DNA from: Vicugna vicugna
Lineage: Eukaryota
Length of the DNA stretch: 64,000 bases
Assembly: GCA_013265495.1 (NCBI GenBank)
Contig: MU058824.1
Location: 868,001 to 932,000, forward strand
Direction of reading: 5' to 3'
Both the position numbers and the translations under genes were made by a program. The notes beneath the pieces were generated by a model that was given only the letters and a program-made list of their open reading frames with translations, made no database searches and was not told where the DNA came from. Shown one piece after another: positions 49,531 to 60,300 of the stretch; position 1 is the stretch's first letter; each line of letters begins with the position of its first letter.

Positions 49531-50624
49531 TAAGGTAGTAATATCATCAAATAGTAGTAGTAGTAGAATTTCTTAGTAGAGAGGGTTGGACTTTAATCTT
49601 GTTAAAGAATAATGTTCAAAGAGCTAAGTTTATGACTCTTTCAAATGTGAAACAAACACAAGTCAAAGATTTTATTCAACTCATTAACTAATGAGGGGAG
49701 CCACAAAGATGTTAAAACCATTCCAAAGAGCATTTGAGAAGCTATTTATAGCAACATTAGGATAAGATTGCTGAGTTAGATACAAAACCTATCAGTATTC
49801 CAATAGGACCATAAATCGTAACCCATTGAGATATCAGCTCCACCAAACAAAAATCATTTACATTTCTATCAGACAAAAATCTACAAATTGGTCTAAAAAC
49901 AATCCACAGGAAAGACCCTGCTAAAAGGGTCGATGGCAACAGAAAGGAGTCCATGTCAGAAGCAAGTGTGCTTCCGTGAACAGTGGGGCATTAAGTGGAT
50001 GAGGATATTTCAGGGACCAGATATGGCCATACTTGGGTGGGGAGGAGAAGTTAGCCTGGGGTCACCTTGGGTTCCCCCAGGGAGGACTATACAGGACAAT
50101 AGGAAGTGCCTCCATATACTCAGGGGCTGAAATTAGCTTCACTCACATGAAGGGACCACAGTCAGAGGCTGCAGAGGGAAGTCCCTGAGTCTATCTTGAA
50201 AGCATCACTCAGAAGATAGAATCAGCAGTGGGAGTCCATACTGCCCAAGGGCACCATGGCTGATTGCATCTACCCAGACAGGAAACACCTTCCCTGCCTC
50301 TTACTTCTCTCTCCACCTTTCTCTTTACTTGCCTCCGTCTTATTCCAACTCCATGGAAGCCAGAGACAGCCCAGTGAGGGGATAAAAATTAGAAGAGCCA
50401 GATGGGAAAAGACCAGGAATGAAGCAAGACTCACCACAGTCTCCAGGCCTGAAGCAGGCCAGGATTGGGAGGGAGTGGAAAGCTTTACCTTTGAATGAAG
50501 AAGTGTTTTGACAATTACATGTCAACTGGTCATTTTAGTGACTGAAAAGAGAACTTTGTGATTGGAAATATCAGGACTTTTTGTTACTTGAGAGTGCCTA
50601 GGAAGGTTGAGGAATTTGCTTAGA

Positions 50625-50692
50625 TTTCTTTTCTTTTCTTTTTTCTTTTCTTTCTTTCTTTCTCTTTCTCTTTCTCTTTCTCTTTCTCTTTC

Positions 50693-50735
<43 letters not shown>

Positions 50736-50860
50736 TTCTTCCTTCCTTCCTTCCTTCATTAATCTTTTCCTTTCCTTTCCTTTCCTTTCCTTTCCTTTCC
50801 TTTCCTTTCCTTTCCTTTCCTTTCCTTTCCTTTCCTTTCCTTTCCTTCCTTTTTTTCCTT
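50625..50860. repeat. Compound polypyrimidine microsatellite (TTTTC / TCTTTC / TTCC / TTTCC x ~16)
   Basis: About 235 bp of C/T with one short ATTAA interruption at ~50758. Confidence 0.95.
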
Positions 50861-53529
50861 AGATTTTTATCCAGGGACTGAGAAGGAATAACCCTCAAAA
50901 TTGGCCCTGAGTGCTTGGGGCAGGGTTGAGGGAGGCTGGGTGAGGCTTCAGAGAACTTTCTGTCCATCCTCTGGGTGCTGAGCCTTTGGAATGGGCCAGG
51001 GAGGAGGAAGAAGGAAAGGGTAGATGTCTACTTAACTGGGAATAGTTGTAGCCTTCTGGGCTGGCTGGCTGCTATTCTATCTCATTTTCTATGGTTTAGT
51101 AATGGCTCCAACAGGTCAGTTGATTAGGGGCTCATGGCCAAGCAGCAACTTTGTACATTGAAGATCTTGATTCAACAGAAAATTCCAACTGAATTTCTGA
51201 TTCGACAGAAAATTCCAACTGAAACCCAGTGGTGGCTTTCCTACCACGTTCCTCTGATGCAGACATCTCTTTGCCCTCTGTGGATGCAGTCAGGGCTGTA
51301 GCCTCCAGTTATACCTACACAACTGGGGAGACTGTCTTTTTCTCATTCAGGTCACACAGCCTAAGCAGTGATAAAGCAACGAGATGCCAGCCACTCTTCT
51401 CATAGGCACCTCCTATCCTTGTGAATGATTAGAGAGGGGAAGCACATTATTTCAAAATAGGCTAAGAGCAGGAAGGACCTCCTTAACCTGACTCACGGAA
51501 AGGGATAGCTTCTCTCTGTAAACGTAGCACCATCCACAAGCCTGACCCTCTCTCACCTCCAGGTCTTTTTCTCCTGCGAGATTGAAGTATGGGTAGAATG
51601 GGGATGGGTGGGAGGGCTGATTCTGGAATTAGCACTCTCAATAAGCCCATGTTGCTGTGGCCAGGCCTAACCACCCAAGCCTCCTTGTAGAGATTAGGGC
51701 TTAGAAAGTGGGTCATGAAGTGCCTTTTGCTCACCACTCAGAGCCTTAGTTGCAGTTCTGAGGCTATAGGAGAACCTTCACTTGCCAATCCTATCCCAGT
51801 TACCAATGAAGACCACCCCCAGAGACAGCTATAGAAGGTCCTACCTTAATAGTCAGGTCTTTGACAGCCTTTCCCAGCAGCACCTGTAACCCTTCATCCA
51901 TGAAAGTATCCAAACACTTTAAAAGTCCAACTAAATTTCTTATCAGTGGCTGCTCTTGAGTTATCATGCACCGTACATTTATCATCTGCTGGGTGAAATA
52001 GAGCTACTGAGAAACAAGCCTAGGATATAATCACAAAGAGAAATGATGGAGAGAATCCACCCTCAGGATAGTTCTTTTACATAAAGATCAGTTGACTATC
52101 TCCTGTGCCCTCCCTTTGCAAGTAGGATCTGCTTGTTTTAAGAGGGCAACAATTTTTATGGTTATATGTATGTAATTCGAACAGTGATTTCTTGTATTAG
52201 CTTAAATGTGCCTATTTCTCCTCTGTAACTAATTAAGCTGAATTCTGTGTATACAGGAAGCTGTTTGGCATTTGCCTTTATCTGTGCAGACCTGCTGTGT
52301 TTGATTACCCACCATTAGTTCATAGCGGTTGGACAGGCCAGCCAACTTCCAGGATTGTCTCAATTATCAAGATACCTTGTCACCTTTCTGGCCAAGTTTT
52401 AACATCTTCACATAATTCTTATAGAGAGTGTGTGTTTTAAACTTGGCCTCATCGAAGGATTAGTGAAAACATTGGGCACTTCCTCCTTAGGTGGCTAATG
52501 AAGGCCCCAGCAATGACAATAGGACAAATTACTTTAAAATAGTTCCTATTTTTGTCAGTGCTAAAAATATTCTTTCATTTGTATTTTCTTCCAGATTTGC
52601 TATGTCCCTTTCCAAAGTGAAAAATTGGAAAAAGAAGGTTCTGAACACCAACCTTATTAGACTAAGAAACAATATTTTAAAAGATGGGTTAAAAATGCAT
52701 CTATGAATTATAAATAATGTATAATATAGCTGTATAATATAATACATCCTACAAAACTGCTGCTTTTTTCTCAGGGGGTAATTTTTTTTCACTTGTGGAT
52801 TTATATTAATAAGTCCCAGCCCTGGTGGTGAGATCGATGGTCAGAGCCTTAATTGGGGCTCTCTGGTGATTATCTAGATTGGCAGCTGCTGTCAATCAGC
52901 TTCTAAAGAAATTTCTGAACCAGTGATTAGGCTGCTCCTGGAGATGCTAGTCCCCAGAGGCAGTATTAAGGCTCCCAATCACAGGGGAACCATTAAGATG
53001 AGTGGAGCTATAATTTTCCAAGTTGCTGGCTTACTTGGTGACATACATGCCCCAACTTTCTGGCTAGTCAACTCTGGACGATGATATCCTAGCATATACT
53101 GGATCCATATGATTTTATAAGTAACAATGCTACAAATCCCATAACAGCTCCCATTAAGCTAAAACAATAATACCGTATGTATGTTTACAGAGCACGTCAG
53201 TTTTATAGTATATAATTAAATCCCATTGATAAAATAACAATGTATTGCTGTTCTTTTCTGGGAGAATATACAAAGTTCACAAAATTTCTCCCCCCATGGT
53301 GCATATTCATATTCTTTTAGAACCACTCTTTTCATATGAATTAAAAATCCAAACCATTTTTAGATTAATTTAACATTTTATAATGGCTTAATCTCATTAA
53401 TTCAGATCCCAATACATTTTTTTTTGATAATTCAAATAGGATTGGGCTACATTTGGTTCTTCCTCGTCCTTAAATTATGGTGAATAATGTTAAGTGTTCT
53501 GTTGGTTAATAGATGAGCTGCCAGCTTCT

Positions 53530-54075
53530 TCTAACGTTAAATGCCCATGGACTTTCCATGTGACCTAGCAATTCCATTTGTAGGTATTTCCCCAAGAAAA
53601 TGGAAGTATATATCCACTCAAAAACTTGCACATGAATGTTCAGAGCAGCTTTATTTGTAATAGCTAAAAAACAGAAAAAGCCCAAACATTTATCAGGTCA
53701 ATGGATAAACAAATTTTAATATCTCCAAATGGTGGAATATTACTCAGGAATAAATTAAAATAGTACATGGGGATGAAAGAAGGCCAAACACAGAAGACTA
53801 TATGCTGTATGGTTTCATTTGTAGGAAATTCTAGAACATGCACAATTAATTTCTATTTGTAGAAAGCTGATCAGTGGTTGCCCAGGGATGGGGGTGGAGC
53901 TATTGACTGGACAAGAGCACAAGGGAATTTTTTGACATGATGGAAATGTTCTATTTATTGACTGAAGTGGTCATTATATGGGGTGTGTGCATTTGTCAGA
54001 ACTCAACGAACTGTACACTTTAATATGGGCACTTTATTGCATATAAACTATACCTTAAAAACTTACGCTTTTAAA
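53530..54075 (+). mobile_element. Old L1 3' end (L1MC/ME-like)
   Basis: GACCTAGCAATTCCATTTGTAGGTATTTCCCCAAGA..TCAGTGGTTGCCCAGGG..GAACTGTACACTT. Confidence 0.85.
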
Positions 54076-55729
54076 AGTGACATGCTATTACATATATCTT
54101 CCTTAATAACAAAAGTCTGTTCTACTTCTTGTGTTCTCTGTGCTTCCCCCCTTTCCAATTTTTTTTTTTAGCAGTATCATTTCCAACGTGCAAATGATAT
54201 AGGGGATCCCAGCTTAAGTTCAATAGATATCTTATAAGCCAATAAAAAGAAGATTCAAATTTTCCACCTTGTATCTAACAAGTCCTCAAATTCTACTTAT
54301 TCTGACTCCTAAATACTTGTTGCATCTTTACACTGCTGCCTAGCTTCACCTCCCCTGCGTTAATTTAGCTTTCAGTTATCTCCTGACTGGTCTCTTTCCT
54401 GCTATGATTTGATTTGAACAAAAGTGTCCTCCTCACCATCTTCCAGATTTCAGAAATCAAAATGGTACCCAGAGGCCTTATGGTTGAGAGAAGGGCAGGG
54501 AGCTTGTAAAGACGAAGCAAGACAAAGGATGGAACTGGACAGGGCATTGGGGGAAGCTTGATGAAGGTCTTATGCTTACTTATGGGATTCTTAGGATCAA
54601 GATGTGATCCTGAGTAAACTGGATGGTTTTCAATGCTGTTGATGTTTTCCATGTTTGTTTTCTTTAGTGTGTCAGTGAAGTTCCTTTGGAGAATATTAGC
54701 CCATTTCAGTTATGTTCAAGAGAAACAGGGAAAGGGCTTTTGTTCCCTAGGGGCTGGTAGGGAAGGGCCAGGTATGGTGGTAGACAGAGGAATCAAAAGC
54801 AGAGAACCCCAAGAGAGACAGGATACTTGGAGGGGCAGAACCAAAGCCTAAAGGTACAGCCTGTGCCAGCCCCTAACATCCACCCACCCTTCATAATTTC
54901 CTTACAAGTCATTTCTTTCCTGCCTGTCCTTAAGAGCATTCTGTCCTTGTATGTATTAAGGGAGTGATTTCCTTTCTGTCTGTATCCTCACTTTCTTCTC
55001 TGATTACCAGAAAGTTTGGTGATAGTGAATGGTCACCCAGGAGAAAAAGGTGACAACTTTAGCCCAGCTTAGTCCATTGTAAAAGGTCTTTTCCATATTT
55101 GAAAGTGCCTTTTAGCAAGACTCAGGAAAGGATAGCCTCCAGTGAGAGATTTCCCATCGATTATACGCTTGTCAGGAGCTGCACAAGCCCAGCTCAGAGA
55201 TTTCCACCTTAAACTTTCAAAAGAAGCCACTTGCTAAATGTTCTGGAGCTGGGGATGCCAGAGGAGCCACTAAAAATCAAACAGTGAGCAGAAACTGAAT
55301 TTGACTTTTGGCCCCAGGGGTAAGAGAGATGGAGATGAAAGCTGACAGGCTCCTACATGACAAGGCCTCTGTGGAGTGGAAATGGGTGACTCACAAATCG
55401 GAGTGGCACTTCCTCTCCACGGGCCGCCCTGGGAGCAAAGCTGAAACATCCCCACCCAGCCCTGTCCATGCAGACTCTTGGCCCACTGACCAGAGTATTA
55501 GCAGGCAGCCCCTCCAGTGCAGGACAGGTCTTTGGGAATGCAGATTTAACCTCAAAGACAACTGTGGATTCAGCTCAGCAGTTACTTCTCCATGGCCAAG
55601 GAAGCAGTGTACATTTTATCATAGGGAGTCCTTGGGTCTGAGCCCTGTTTTTAGAATATCGTCTAGCCCTGGCTCTGCCATTGAAAAACTGAGTAAACTT
55701 AAACTTGAGTAAGTCACTTAGTCTTTGGA

Positions 55730-56350
55730 GGCCAGAGTGTCCCTAACTATAAAATAAAAAGAGCTCAATATTTTGTGGAAGAGGTGGACATGTAAACAGC
55801 AATGATGTTCGAAGTTGGTGATAATGTGCAGGGAGTCCAGATGAAGGGTAGATAATTCCATAGAGAAGAGGTGACATTTGAACTGGTTGAATCGAGTCCT
55901 GAGAAAGTTGTAAGAGTTTCCAGGCAAGCAGAGAGACTATTCTGGGCAATGTAACACATTCCTAAAGAACTGAAGGCAGGGGAGAGAGAAGAGATTTGAT
56001 GAGGCCTGTGTGAGAGAGAAGCAGTCAATCTGAGAGCACTGAGAGCTGAGAGGATGTGAGATGTGTCTTAGATGTAGAGTCAAGAGGTGGTACCCAGTTG
56101 AATGTGGCTTCCCACATTCAACAGAGGGTGGCCGACTGGCTCCTGCCTTGAGTGACTGAGCAAATGATGATTTAGTTAAATAAAACATCCAAAGCAGGAA
56201 AGGGTGGAAAAATGATGAATCCAGTTTCCGACAGGTTGAAATGAGAGTATCCAGAGTTCAACCAACTGCCATGTCCAGCAGGCAGCTTGATAAACAGGTG
56301 TAAAGCACAGAGTGGTTGAAACTAGAGATGTAGGTCTGGGTGTCATCAGC
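55730..56350 (-). mobile_element. L2 fragment
   Basis: GAGGTGACATTTGAACTGG..GATGAATCCAGTTTCCGACAGGTTGA..ATGTCCAGCAGGCAG..GTCATCAGC. Confidence 0.7.
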
Positions 56351-56799
56351 TTACTCTGATCTAGATCATTTCAAAGTTCCTTTCTAAATCTCAAGCCATA
56401 AGATCTGTGATTCTAAACCTTGTAAAAGGAAAAGTCCAAAAGTAAACCTTTCTCCTCTCCCTGGAGTAGTATTCTAATGAGACACTTGGTGTGGGTTTTC
56501 TCTGCCTCCCTCTTTGTGGTGTTTATGTGCACGATAGGCTGGTCATAGGATCCTTGCCACTGAATTTTATTTTCTTGAGTTTCTTTCAGATATTAGTTAC
56601 AGGATTTTAGACAACATAGAATGGTTTCAGCCCAGATAAAATTAAACAGTAATTGGACATCAGTGATGAATCCCAAAAAGGCTTTGGAAAAGCCTCAGCA
56701 ATTCTCATCAATTATCAGTGGCTCCTCATTTTATGTGAAATAAAGTTCAGGCTCTTCAGTTTGGCATTCAAGTCTCTCCCTTCCCTCTCTCCCTCCCTC

Positions 56800-57080
56800 C
56801 CTCTCTCTCTGATCATAGCCATGTCATGAGCTACGGAGAGGCCCAGGTGGTGAGAAACTGAGGCTTCCAGCCACCAACCACATGAGTGAGCGTGGATGCA
56901 GATTCTCCAACCCCATCAGCCTTTAGGTGACTGAAGCCCTGACCAACATTTGCCTGCAGTCTCTTGAGATACCCAGAGCTAGAAGCTGCCAGCCAAGCAA
57001 CTCCTGGATTCCTGACCCACAGAAACGTGAGTTCAGTGTTTGTTGCTTTAAACTTCTGTGTTTTGGAGTAATTTGTTAAG
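56800..57080 (+). mobile_element. MLT1F-like LTR
   Basis: GGAGAGGCCCAGGTGG..GAAACTGAGGC..CATGAGTGAGC..GATTCCTGACCCACAGAAAC..TTTTGGAGTAATTTGTTA. Confidence 0.8.
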
Positions 57081-57735
57081 GTATGATCAGGAAAAGGAGA
57101 AATGTGCTCTTCTGATAATATGTGGGAAATGGGCCAGGAAAGGTCTGGAACAATTTCAGCAGTTTGGCGAGAGCCCTGCAGAGTGCTGGGAGCCTGGGTC
57201 TTGTCCTGATTCTCCTGCCTAGTCACTGGGTGGCCTCGAAGACAACTCATCTCCTGTTTGGGCCTTGGTTTCCGTACTTGTAAATGAAGATGGAGGTTTA
57301 TTTCCAGGATTCATTCTAAAACCATGACATATATGCAGTTTTTATATGTTGTAGTCAAGACCTGGAAATGACGAAGAGTAGTTTTCAAAACTTGAAAGAA
57401 AAAGATGGAAGACTGGCTTTACGAGTTAAACTTTAAAATCAGCACTTATGGATTAGAAAAGAGATATTACAAAATTATCTTAAAGCAATGTTTAATGTCC
57501 TCTGACTTGCTATAAACTGAACCCCAAAATACAGTTACTTTCTTCTTATCAATCAATGATGGGAAATACCATGAAGGCTCATTTTTTAATGCGTGAAAAT
57601 CTCCTAGAAGAGTTCCTAGAACAATGGTTAAGTGTTATATTTATAACCAAGGGAAACTTAGTGAATGAAGTGGGTTATTAAAAGATATCAAGATTGGATA
57701 TTCATAAATAAAGGAGCATATTACCAAGGTTTATT

Positions 57736-58698
57736 AAGAACTCCATATTGATGTGCACTTAGGATGCTTCCATGTCTTGGCAATTGTAAATAGTGCTGCT
57801 GTTATTAGAGGTGTGTATATATCCTTTTGAATTAATGTTTTTGCTTTTCTCAGGTATATGCCCAGGAGTGAAATTACTGGGCCATATGGTGGTTCTGTTT
57901 TGGGGTTTTTGAGAAACCTCCATATTGTTTTGCATGGTGACTGCACCAATTTACATTCCCACCAACAGTGTATAGGGGTTCCCTTTTCTCCACATCTTTG
58001 CCAGCATTTGTTATTTGTGTTGTTTTTGATGCTGGCCATTCTGACAGGTGTGGGATGGTGTCTCATGGTTTTGATTTGTGTTTCCCTGATATTGGTGTTG
58101 TCGAGCAGCTTTGCATGTTCCTGTTAGCCATCTACATTTCTGCTTTTGGAAAAATGTAGTTCAATTCTTCTGCCTATATTTTAAATCAGTTGTTTGTTTG
58201 TTTACTTGCTTTTTAATTGAAGTACAGTTGATCTTAAATGTTTTATTAGTTTCTGGTGTACAGCATGGATGGACTTGGAGGGCATTATGCTAAGTGAAAT
58301 GAGTCAGACAGAGAAAGACAAATACTATAAGATATCACTTACATGTGGAATCTAAAAAAACACAGCAAACTAGTGAATATAACAGAAAAACAGACTCACA
58401 GATGTAGAGAAAGAACTAGTGGTTACCAGTGGAGAGAAGGCAAGGGGTGGGGCAAGATGGAGGTGGAGGATTAAGAGGTACAAACTATCAGGTATAAAAT
58501 AAGCTACAAGAATGTATTGTACAATATGGAGAATATAGCCAATATTTTATAATAACTATACCCTAACCTTTAAAGAGTGAATCACTATATTGTATGCCTA
58601 TAACATATACTATTGTACATCAACTATACTTCAGTTTAAAAAATATGGTATTGTAAAATAAATACAGAAATAAATACGGTTTAAAAAAAAGAACTCCA
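57736..58698 (+). mobile_element. 5'-inverted (twin-primed) truncated L1 with TSD
   Basis: AAGAACTCCA at 57736-57745 and 58689-58698; antisense ORF2 C-terminus ([18 protein letters not shown]) at 57748-58200; sense 3' end 58264-58643; A-tail. Confidence 0.85.
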
Positions 58699-58719
58699 AT
58701 TTGGTGTCTTGATAAGAAC

Positions 58720-59045
58720 TCTGGCTGCCTCATACAATGCTGGGCGGCACTCATATTCCTTGGCTGGTGGCCCCTTCCTCCATCTTTAAAGCCAACAGAA
58801 ACAGGCCAAGTCCTCTTAATGCTGCCATCTCTCTAGCTTTCTGCAGCCAAGAATGGTTCTCTGCTTTTCAGGCCTCATGCAATTAGATTAGACCTACTTG
58901 AATAATCTAGTATAAGTGTCCCATCTCAAGGTCTGTAACCTTAATCACATCTGCAGAGTCCCTTTTGCTACATAAGGTAACATATTCACAGGTTCCAGGG
59001 GTTAAGATGTGGAAATCTTTGGGGGCCATTATTCTATGTATCACT
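58720..59045 (-). mobile_element. MLT1 (C/D-like) LTR, partial
   Basis: ATTCCTTGGCTGGTGGCCCCTTCCTCCATCTTTAAAGCCA..TTAATCACATCTGCAGAGTCCCTTTTGC..GGGGCCATTATTCT. Confidence 0.8.
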
Positions 59046-59379
59046 GTATATATAATATTAGTATATTATATGACATATTTCATATGTATAAATTTATAAA
59101 ATTTACATGTATTATATATTTATATTATGTTGTAAATACATAATTTATGCTTTAAAATTTCTATATATACATGTTGAATGTGTATGTATATATATTTACA
59201 TGTATGTATGTATATACACACACATATACGATACAGTGAAATATCTATGTGTCTTTTTCATTGTTGCTTGTCACCACTATTATTTCTCTGCCCCTTGCTG
59301 CACACTGAGTGACTTGGATGGAATGGCATATTTCCATATTTTAATTTTTTCACTTGATTTCCCCTTTGCTGAAGTGGTT

Positions 59380-59710
59380 AAAGCAGATAGGCTATGCTTA
59401 TAAGTTTTAATGAACAATGCCCACCTCCAGCAGCTTAAAACTACAAGAGTTTAATTACCCTCATATCATGTGTCACTTGTAGGGTGACTGAGGGGCTCTA
59501 CTCTGTGCTGTTCCTACTCAGAGACCCCAGAGGTGGGAAAATCCAGCTCCATGATCCACAAAGGCTGAGATAGGAAGGGAACATGGTTGATTGTGCACTT
59601 ATTCCTGAAACTTCACTTCTGGTCACATTTCATTGACAAAAGCACATCATTTGGCCACATCTAACTTCAACAGCTCACAGTATATTTATGGACAGCCCTA
59701 GTGACTCCCT
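59380..59710 (-). mobile_element. Old MLT1 (J-like) LTR
   Basis: GATAGGCTATGCT..GCTTAAAACTACAAGAG..CACATTTCATTGACAAAAGCA..TGGCCACATCTAACTTCAA. Confidence 0.65.
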
Positions 59711-59749
59711 ATAAGATACATAAACATCCTTTAAAAAGTTACGTTCTTT

Positions 59750-60300
59750 AAAATAGAACTGTAGGCTTAATCGTGAGAAATCGTAGTCCCCTGCTCCACT
59801 CTATGGGGCTGCTCTCAAGAGGAAACCACATTAAATAATTTTCGTGATTTCTTCTAGAATTTACCTCCAAGTTTCTAAATAACATGTGTATAGTTCTATT
59901 TCCTGATTTTTCCATTTTAGCCACCACTTAACTAAATTCCTACTAGGGAAGATTTGACTTACCGCTCTTCCTCACATACAGCATTTACGTCATGATCCTG
60001 TAAACATTACATACAGCTGAGCTATGTAGGATAGTTTCATTTTCTTTCTCATGCATTGTTTTCTTAGAATGAGTAAAGCCTTCTCTTTTTTCATTTGCTT
60101 AGTTTTCTGTGTATCTATTATTAACTTTTTCCCCAAGCTCTCTGACGAAGCTGTAAAACTCCTCTCAAAACATTCAGACACACTGAGCCCTTCATTAGTT
60201 CCATTCTGTTCTCAGAAACATCCCTCATTGCTCCTCAGTTGTCCCTTTCCAGCATTGTGACAGATCACTTTCTGGGTCTGCTTATATTTAAGATTCCTAT
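59750..60300 (-). mobile_element. Ancient L1ME-like 3' remnant
   Basis: TTACCTCCAAGTTTCTAAATAACATG..TTTTTTCATTTGCTTAGTTTTCTGTGTA. Confidence 0.55.

Noticed and set aside
49605..50620. Possible ancient LTR-like repeats (also ~1950-2350, ~9230-9840, ~54400-54900)
   Set aside because: Repeat-like in texture but not assignable by eye; needs a Dfam search
50620..50967. 115-aa K/E/R-rich ORF
   Set aside because: It is the translation of the polypurine microsatellite strand, not a gene
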